Source of the DNA: Lachnospiraceae bacterium
Lineage (GTDB): Bacteria > Bacillota > Clostridia > TANB77 > CAG-508
Direction of reading: 5' to 3'
DNA: 64,000 nt
NCBI GenBank assembly: GCA_963621995.1
Contig: CAVFFZ010000004.1
Coordinates: 16,876-80,875, forward strand
Positions 58,033 to 64,000 of the stretch are shown here, piece after piece. Each line of letters starts with the position of its first letter. Within the stretch, counting starts at the first letter, position 1. The notes beneath the pieces were generated by a model. That model made no database searches and was not told the origin of the DNA. It was given only the letters and a program-made list of their open reading frames with translations. Made by a program: the position numbers and the translations under genes.

Positions 58033-59340
58033 TTATGCTCTTTCTCTCTTTAAATAATCTATTACTTTTTGAGTTTCTTTTTGTTTATAATAATTGTAAA
58101 TATCGCCATAAGTATTTATTGTAGTTTCAATATTGGCATGTCCCATTAATTTTTGCAATACGGGCAAGTCTACTCCTGCCTCAATACATCTAGTTGCAAA
58201 AGTATGTCTTAACATATGGGTATTTACTGGTTTTGTTATTCCTGCATTTTTGCATATTCGCTTAAATGCCGAATTTATTGTATTATCTACATATAATTTT
58301 TTATTTGCTTGGCAAAATAGAACTTTATTTTTGTTTTCTATTTTGTTATTTAATGAATCTATTATAATATCTTCTGTAAGTTCATTTATTTCTATATTTC
58401 TTTTCCCACTTTTAGTTTTAGTTGGACCAATAATAGTATTTTTATTTCTATCTTTTGTTAAAGTTTTTGTAACTTTAATCGTTTTATTATCTAAATCAAT
58501 ATCTTCATTGTAATTCAATGCTAGTACTTCGCCGATTCTCATTCCTGTATATAAACACAAAAGAATAATGTTTTTATAATTTGATGAATGACTTTCTAAA
58601 TAGTCTTCTAATTGATTTTGTTCTGTTATTGTTAAAGCAACTACATCTTTATCTTCCTTTAAACTTTTAGGCTTCTCAATACGATCAATGCCTTCAAATA
58701 AATTTTTTACTAAATATAATTTATAATTTGCATATTCATAAACATATTTAAGCATTCTATAATCTTTTTTTATAGTAGAATTTGACTTTACTCTTTCTTC
58801 TTGTAAAAAGTCTTCAATTTGTTTTTTAGTTACTTTTTCTATTGGAATATTAGCAAATTTATGCTTTTTTATTCTTTCTAATGTTGACATATTAGTATTG
58901 TAAGCATTTGCTTTCGTTTTTCCCATTCTATATTTTGAATCTTCAATTTCTTTTGCTAAAATTGCTATTGTTTTTTCTGTTTTTTTCAATTCAATAGAAC
59001 AACCAGACCTTTTCATTTCTAATTTGTATTTATACATTTTATCTAATGCTTCTTCTTGTGTTTTAGCAGTAAATGTCTTTCTAATTACTTCTCCTGTTTC
59101 TATATCTTTTCCTATTGTTAAAGTTGCTTTATGTTGTTCATTAATATAGAACTTATCGCATTTATCAGCATTTTTACATTTTCTACATTTATCACAATTA
59201 TTCATTGATTTTTTGTTTTTTCTATTTTGACAAACAGATCTATCTTTGCATTTCTTACATATAGGACACATAGATAATTCAGAGTTCTTTTTTTCTGTTT
59301 TTATTATATATGTTCCGACTGTATAACCTTTATTACTCAT
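58033..59340 (-). CDS. int: tyrosine recombinase/integrase with a Cys-rich N-terminal region
   Basis: 435 aa. TGMRIGE, HMLRHTFATR, LMGHANIETTINTYGDIY (R-H-R-Y set). N-terminal CPICKKCKDRSVC...CDKCRKCKNADKC. Confidence 0.85.
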   Translation of the reverse strand: MSNKGYTVGTYIIKTEKKNSELSMCPICKKCKDRSVCQNRKNKKSMNNCDKCRKCKNADKCDKFYINEQHKATLTIGKDIETGEVIRKTFTAKTQEEALDKMYKYKLEMKRSGCSIELKKTEKTIAILAKEIEDSKYRMGKTKANAYNTNMSTLERIKKHKFANIPIEKVTKKQIEDFLQEERVKSNSTIKKDYRMLKYVYEYANYKLYLVKNLFEGIDRIEKPKSLKEDKDVVALTITEQNQLEDYLESHSSNYKNIILLCLYTGMRIGEVLALNYNEDIDLDNKTIKVTKTLTKDRNKNTIIGPTKTKSGKRNIEINELTEDIIIDSLNNKIENKNKVLFCQANKKLYVDNTINSAFKRICKNAGITKPVNTHMLRHTFATRCIEAGVDLPVLQKLMGHANIETTINTYGDIYNYYKQKETQKVIDYLKRERA

Positions 59341-59486
59341 AATATTTCCTCCATTTCTTAAATTTTTTGAGGAAATACCTTGCTCAATTTTTAAATTGGT
59401 AGTATAATTATTTTACAAATATATCGAACAGGGTATTTCCTGTTTACTAGAAGATTTAATGTGCTAGATTAAGTCTTCTTTCTTTT

Positions 59487-59684
59487 TTATTCTACCATAA
59501 TTCTTTTATGGCTTAAAAATTCATTTAAACAATCCGCTTTTATCCAAAACTTTCTGCCTATTTTTATACTTGGAAAATCTTCTTGATGAAATAATTGCAA
59601 ACACTTTTGTTTTCCAATATGCAATAATTTGCATACATCATCTGTTGAGTATAGTTTAATGTCGATTTCTTCTAATTTCTGCAT
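59487..59684 (-). CDS. xis: excisionase-family HTH DNA-binding protein
   Basis: MQKLEEIDIKLYSTDDVCKLLHIGKQKCLQLFHQEDFPSIKIGRKFWI...; the ATG at 59684 follows AAAGGAGGT. Confidence 0.7.
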   Translation of the reverse strand: MQKLEEIDIKLYSTDDVCKLLHIGKQKCLQLFHQEDFPSIKIGRKFWIKADCLNEFLSHKRIMVE

Positions 59685-59861
59685 ATTTTTACCTCCTTTC
59701 CTTGACAATACTTACTTAATATAGTATAACTATATTGTGAGAGATTTGTCAAAACTATTTAAAATTGTAAATTGATTATATAATCATATTTTATATTTGT
59801 CAACATATTTGTAAAAATATTTTGAAATATTTCACATTTTGTTTTTAGGGGGATTAAAAAG

Positions 59862-60965
59862 ATGCAAAAATTACCTCAATATTCTTTTAATGAAGGATTT
59901 TATATATGGTTTGATATAAACTCTAAGGAGGAGTATTATTCAACCCCATTATATATGTATAAAACCGATTTTAATGATGATTTATCTAATTATAAAAGGG
60001 TAATTATACAAGAAAAAGACTTTTATAAAAAAAAGCCAAGCAAAAAAAATTTTGCTCCAAAACATCCTGCAACTATTCTTTATCCTTTTGCTGAACAATT
60101 TGGAAGACTTTTAATAAATTTATTAAATGCAGACTTTTCAAACTTTGATAAAGCATATAATACATTTTTCTATTTGTATGGATTTGAATTATTAAAAGAA
60201 TATATACCAGATAAGGAATTAATAAATACATATAAGTCTGAAGAAGAATTAACAAAAATAATGAAAAGAGTATATGAAGATAGTTATGGATATTTATCAG
60301 ATATGCAATATAATTTTAGAAAATGTGTAGATTTTGTATATAATTTAAATGGAAATGAAGAACTAAAAAATAGCAAACCAAGTTCAAAATTTATTGCATC
60401 TTTAGTAACACATCATAATGATGTATATTCATATTCAAGTGATATAGAAGTTATTTTAGATACATATTCGGATAAATATTTAAAATATGGTAATCAACCA
60501 TTAAATAAACTAACAGAAGAACTGGATCAAGACGATTCTTTTATACCAATGACTAATGTTTATACAAGTGAAAAATTAAGTAATATTGTTTTTGTTGTAT
60601 TAGAACAATTTGTAAAAAATTCTAGTTTACCAATAAAACAATGTCAGTATTGCAATAGATATTTTATTCCAAAAATTAGACAGGATGAAATATATTGTGA
60701 TTTGCCAAATGAAGATGGAAAGAGTTGTAGAGAAAAAGGTGCAAAACAAACATATAAACAAAATTTAGAAAAGATTCCAGCTTTACTTGAATATAGAAAG
60801 GCATATCAAAAAAAGTTTATGGAAGTTGCTAGAAGTGATAATAATAAACAATTAAAAAAGGATTTTGATAGTTGGAAGAAAATTGCACAAGGTAAGATAA
60901 AGGATTATAAACAAGGTAAAGTTACAGAAGAAGAATTGTATAAGTGGATGATAGAAAACAAATAA
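59862..60965 (+). CDS. hypothetical protein with a C-terminal Cys cluster (paralog family of 51939..52796)
   Basis: Divergent from xis, in the same position as 51939..52796 in the neighbouring module. Confidence 0.55.
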   Translation: MQKLPQYSFNEGFYIWFDINSKEEYYSTPLYMYKTDFNDDLSNYKRVIIQEKDFYKKKPSKKNFAPKHPATILYPFAEQFGRLLINLLNADFSNFDKAYNTFFYLYGFELLKEYIPDKELINTYKSEEELTKIMKRVYEDSYGYLSDMQYNFRKCVDFVYNLNGNEELKNSKPSSKFIASLVTHHNDVYSYSSDIEVILDTYSDKYLKYGNQPLNKLTEELDQDDSFIPMTNVYTSEKLSNIVFVVLEQFVKNSSLPIKQCQYCNRYFIPKIRQDEIYCDLPNEDGKSCREKGAKQTYKQNLEKIPALLEYRKAYQKKFMEVARSDNNKQLKKDFDSWKKIAQGKIKDYKQGKVTEEELYKWMIENK

Positions 60966-60986
60966 CCACATATATGGAGGCAATAT

Positions 60987-61901
60987 ATGGAACAATATAA
61001 TAGTGAATTTTCAGAGGCAATTAAAAACATAAATAAAATTTGCGAACCAGCAAGACAAGCTGTACAATATGCATCTGAATATATGAAGAAAATTAGTGAA
61101 CAGGTAAGGAAGGTTTTTGAACAATATGATTTTTCAAAAATGTATCAAAATTTACTTATTCCCATGCAACAATTTGCACAAGAAATTGAAAGAATAAAAA
61201 ATGATCCTGATAGTTTATTAAACTATATGTCATACGTTAAAAATTTATCAAACTATTTTTGGGCAATGCCATATAGTATTGATACATCTGAATTAAAAGC
61301 AATTTTTGAAAATGTAAAAACGGAAAAAGAATTTGATAATTATATGACAAAATATTTTACAAATCAAAAATTACAGCAATTGTTTAAGGATATAAAATTA
61401 AAAATATCTCGAAAGCATATTACAATATTCAAACAAATTGAGAAAGCATTTTATAATAAACAATATTCTTTAATTAATAATGCTATAATTTCAATTATTG
61501 ATGATGAATTATCTTATTATAACTATAATAAAAAAGAAACTAAAAGAAAAGATATTTTATACCCAATAATAGAAGAATATAAAAAGAAAGATGTTTCTCA
61601 ATGCGATTGGCTAGATTTATTTTATTTAGAGATGTTAAATAACAATATCAATCTATTATTTGATAATGTTGACTTTAATAATATTAAAATTAGTAACAAT
61701 AAAGCTATTAGAAGGCATACAACTCAACATGGAAAGAAATACTCAAATAAAAAAATTGTGTCTATAATGCTTTTAAATACACTATATAATTTATTATACA
61801 TAAAAGAAGATTTAAAAGTTTATAAGCAAAGATTAAAAGTAAAAAAAGAAAAAGATGGAAGTACACATTATATTTTAGTAACAAAAACAAAAAGTAGGTG
61901 A
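60987..61901 (+). CDS. hypothetical 304-aa protein
   Basis: GGAGG RBS. Overlaps the next gene by 4 nt. Confidence 0.5.
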   Translation: MEQYNSEFSEAIKNINKICEPARQAVQYASEYMKKISEQVRKVFEQYDFSKMYQNLLIPMQQFAQEIERIKNDPDSLLNYMSYVKNLSNYFWAMPYSIDTSELKAIFENVKTEKEFDNYMTKYFTNQKLQQLFKDIKLKISRKHITIFKQIEKAFYNKQYSLINNAIISIIDDELSYYNYNKKETKRKDILYPIIEEYKKKDVSQCDWLDLFYLEMLNNNINLLFDNVDFNNIKISNNKAIRRHTTQHGKKYSNKKIVSIMLLNTLYNLLYIKEDLKVYKQRLKVKKEKDGSTHYILVTKTKSR

Positions 61902-62578
61902 TTAAGATAAAACGAAGACTTAATATATTTATAGATGAAAGTGGAGATTTTGGATTTGTAGACGGAAGTTCAGAATTATATGGAGTTTCTTTTACAATAC
62001 ATGAAAGTGATGATTCTATTTCAAATGACTTAGAATATCTAAATAATAGACTAAAAAAAGCAAAATATGATGGGATGATACATCTAGCAGATTTAGTAGC
62101 TAAGCGAGGGGACTATACTCACTTTAATTTGGAACAAAGAAAAAATATTTTTTGGTCTATATTTTACTTTTCAAAAAGAGTAAAAGTAAAAATACATACA
62201 GTTATAATTGATAAGAAATTTAAAAATAATAGAACTCAATTAAATAGAGAATTAGCATTAGAAATAAGCAAGTTTTTTAACTCTATAAGCGAATATATGA
62301 ATGAGTTTGAAAAAGTAGTTGTCTATTATGACAATGGACAAGAAGCATTAGGTGCTATTATAGATACTTTATTAATTACAAAAAATAATGTAGAACATAG
62401 AATTGAATTTGATCATAAGGAGAAAAGATTATTTCAAGTTTCTGATATGCTAACATTTGTAGATAAAATTGTATATAAACATAATCATAATATGCCATTA
62501 ACAAAAGCGGAAAAATATTTCTTTAGTGTAAAAGATATTTTAGGAATTATAAGACAATTAAAAAGCAAAAGATTATAA
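61898..62578 (+). CDS. DUF3800-like protein
   Basis: N-terminal LNIFIDESGDFG, typical of DUF3800. The GTG start overlaps the upstream stop. Confidence 0.55.
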   Translation: MIKIKRRLNIFIDESGDFGFVDGSSELYGVSFTIHESDDSISNDLEYLNNRLKKAKYDGMIHLADLVAKRGDYTHFNLEQRKNIFWSIFYFSKRVKVKIHTVIIDKKFKNNRTQLNRELALEISKFFNSISEYMNEFEKVVVYYDNGQEALGAIIDTLLITKNNVEHRIEFDHKEKRLFQVSDMLTFVDKIVYKHNHNMPLTKAEKYFFSVKDILGIIRQLKSKRL

Positions 62579-62580
62579 TA

Positions 62581-62607
62581 AAAAGCCATTCGTTTGAATG
62601 GCTTTTT
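62581..62607 (+). terminator. intrinsic terminator AAAAGCCATTC-loop-GAATGGCTTTT
   Basis: Directly after the DUF3800 gene. Confidence 0.65.
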
Positions 62608-62744
62608 GCGACGCTCAGCGTCTACGCGGGTTTGGTCCTTGTGAGACCAAAGTAAATAATATCTATCTACAATATATATTATTCATTTATCTAATAAGAT
62701 TATACACTAAATTTAAAAAAATGTACAGTGTTTTTTTAAAATTT

Positions 62745-62921
62745 TTAATCATTATCTTCTTTTAAGTTTTCTAAAGCAATTTTTACAGCTTCAACAACAA
62801 AGGCCGTAAAAGTGCAATCTTTACCTTTAATTGCATTTTCTACTTCTTCAATTATATTATTAGGAAATCTAATACATTTATTAGTTGTCGGTGGAACTGA
62901 TGGAATTTTAAATTTTTTCAT
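62745..62921 (-). CDS. 58-aa ribbon-helix-helix-like small protein
   Basis: Below the track cutoff. GAGGTGATTTATAG-ATG; MKKFKIPSVPPTTNKCIRFPNNIIEEVENAIKGKDCTFTAFVVEAVKIALENLKEDND (beta-strand then two helices, Arc/CopG-like). Confidence 0.5.
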   Translation of the reverse strand: MKKFKIPSVPPTTNKCIRFPNNIIEEVENAIKGKDCTFTAFVVEAVKIALENLKEDND

Positions 62922-63060
62922 CTATAAATCACCTCTGCAATACATTTATATATATATTATATGCAAAAATGTATTTTTTATCTGCATAGCAAGTGTATTG
63001 CAATTTAAAATAAAATATGATAAAATTTTCTAAAATAAAATGAAAGGAGTGATGTTTTTT

Positions 63061-63657
63061 ATGGAAAATACTAAAAAAAGTGGTTTTGCAACAGCAGGTC
63101 TAGTACTAGGAATAATTGGAATCTGTACATCATTTATTCCGATTATTAACAATTTATCTTTTTTTATGGGAATTATTGCTATTATATTTGGAGTTATAGC
63201 TCTTATAAAGAAAGCAGGTAAGGGAATGACTATTACAGCAATTATTTTGGGCATTTTAGCCATTACCATTACATTAAATACACAAAAAGCTGTATCAGAT
63301 TCATTAAATGAAGTTAGTTCTAATCTTGATAAAATGGCAGGAAATAGTACTGAAGAAATACTTGCTAATGATGTTGATGTTGTACTGGGCGATTTTGAAA
63401 TTAAGAATGGGACATACATAACCGATACTAAACTTACAGTTAAAGTGACTAATAAAACTGCTGAAAAAAAGTCATTTCAAATTCAAATTGAAGCAATTGA
63501 CAAAGATGGATCAAGATTAGCTTCTGACTATATTTATGCTAATAATTTAACTGCTGGACAAAGTCAGAATTTCGAAACATTTAACTATGTAGCTTCTGAT
63601 AAAATTTCTGAAATGAAAAATGCAACATTTAAAATTGTAGAAGTTTCAATGTATTAA
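63061..63657 (+). CDS. membrane protein (DUF4190-like N-terminus, beta-rich extracellular C-terminus)
   Basis: MENTKKSGFATAGLVLGIIGICTSFIP... with two or three TM segments. Start chosen at 63061. Confidence 0.6.
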   Translation: MENTKKSGFATAGLVLGIIGICTSFIPIINNLSFFMGIIAIIFGVIALIKKAGKGMTITAIILGILAITITLNTQKAVSDSLNEVSSNLDKMAGNSTEEILANDVDVVLGDFEIKNGTYITDTKLTVKVTNKTAEKKSFQIQIEAIDKDGSRLASDYIYANNLTAGQSQNFETFNYVASDKISEMKNATFKIVEVSMY

Positions 63658-63692
63658 ATATTAAAAAGCACTCGTGTATTTTAGAGTGCTTT

Positions 63693-64000
63693 TTAATAAT
63701 ATTCTAATTCATTCTCTTGTTTTTCTTTTTCAAATTTTTTTATATTTAGTTGTTTTTCAATATCAAAATTCATATATGTCTCTTTTTCAAAATCTCTTAT
63801 TAAGTCTTCTTCAGATGGTGCAGAAAACTTGTGGCATACCCAAGAGATAAACTTTTGAACTGTAATCTTAAACCTCTCAATAACTTTCTTTAAATAATTA
63901 TTTTCATTTTCTAACTTGTTTATAATTTTTTGATATTTATAGTCTATTTTATAAGTTTCGTGTTCATATTTATATTTTAATTCTTTTTCTTTGTTTGAAA
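63693..64000 (-). CDS. MobV-family relaxase, C-terminal part (gene continues beyond the window)
   Basis: The nucleotide and protein tail parallels the 3' end of the relaxase at 55305-56529 (...SEDE(L)(I/V)RDFE.(E/D)T(Y)...). Confidence 0.6.
   Translation of the reverse strand, partial: SNKEKELKYKYEHETYKIDYKYQKIINKLENENNYLKKVIERFKITVQKFISWVCHKFSAPSEEDLIRDFEKETYMNFDIEKQLNIKKFEKEKQENELEYY

Noticed and set aside
63030-63419. 129-aa minus-strand ORF antisense to the membrane protein gene.
   Set aside because: It is a hydrophobic shadow translation of the plus-strand DUF4190-like gene, which has the RBS and a sensible TM topology.

Overview
Very AT-rich, Clostridium-like (Firmicutes, spore-former) chromosomal segment. 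The backbone is mostly minus-strand housekeeping, sporulation and germination genes: M23 peptidase, two CotF-like coat genes, pcrA, an LMW phosphatase, prfA, yhaO/yhaN-like nuclease and ATPase genes, ddl, murF, ypeB and a sleB-like gene, a GT28 glycosyltransferase, yhbY, two tRNA-Arg genes, an M18 aminopeptidase, a VanW-domain gene, yraN, dprA, comM and copZ-copA. Several accessory insertions interrupt it. (1) A 10.4-kb island carrying a large serine recombinase splits a ZIP-family zinc transporter gene. Both junctions, a 9-bp shared core and a dyad-symmetric attP can be read directly. Its cargo is a stand-alone short-form MetRS leading a four-gene enzymatic operon (PLP decarboxylase, nucleotidyltransferase-aminotransferase fusion, radical SAM, GNAT), plus a 5'-truncated second MetRS relic. 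I read this as a candidate self-immunity-guarded biosynthetic cluster. (2) A lone frameshifted VirD4-type coupling protein remnant. (3) An orphan holin-endolysin pair next to tRNA-Arg(UCU). (4) A duplicated tRNA-Arg(ACG) 3' end bracketing a 115-bp structured insert. (5) From about 42.6 kb to the window end, an accessory block. It holds a soluble ClpA/B-D1::FtsH-M41 protease fusion, an operon of two transglutaminase-fold paralogs plus a YjjX-type NTPase, and a tandem series of related xis-int-iteron-RepA_N(-MobV) integrative/mobilizable modules (one eroded, one multiply frameshifted, one apparently intact apart from a frameshifted mobV relaxase, a fourth starting at the edge). Their cargo includes a minimal Cys-rich RiPP precursor with a radical SAM/SPASM maturase. 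A candidate type I toxin-antitoxin-like pair (39-aa hydrophobic peptide and a convergent ~85-nt RNA with a perfect sigma-A promoter) lies just upstream of pcrA. Five frameshifts share the same local context (an extra C between A and G), which points to a systematic sequencing artefact or a shared mutational signature. No CRISPR array and no rRNA were seen.
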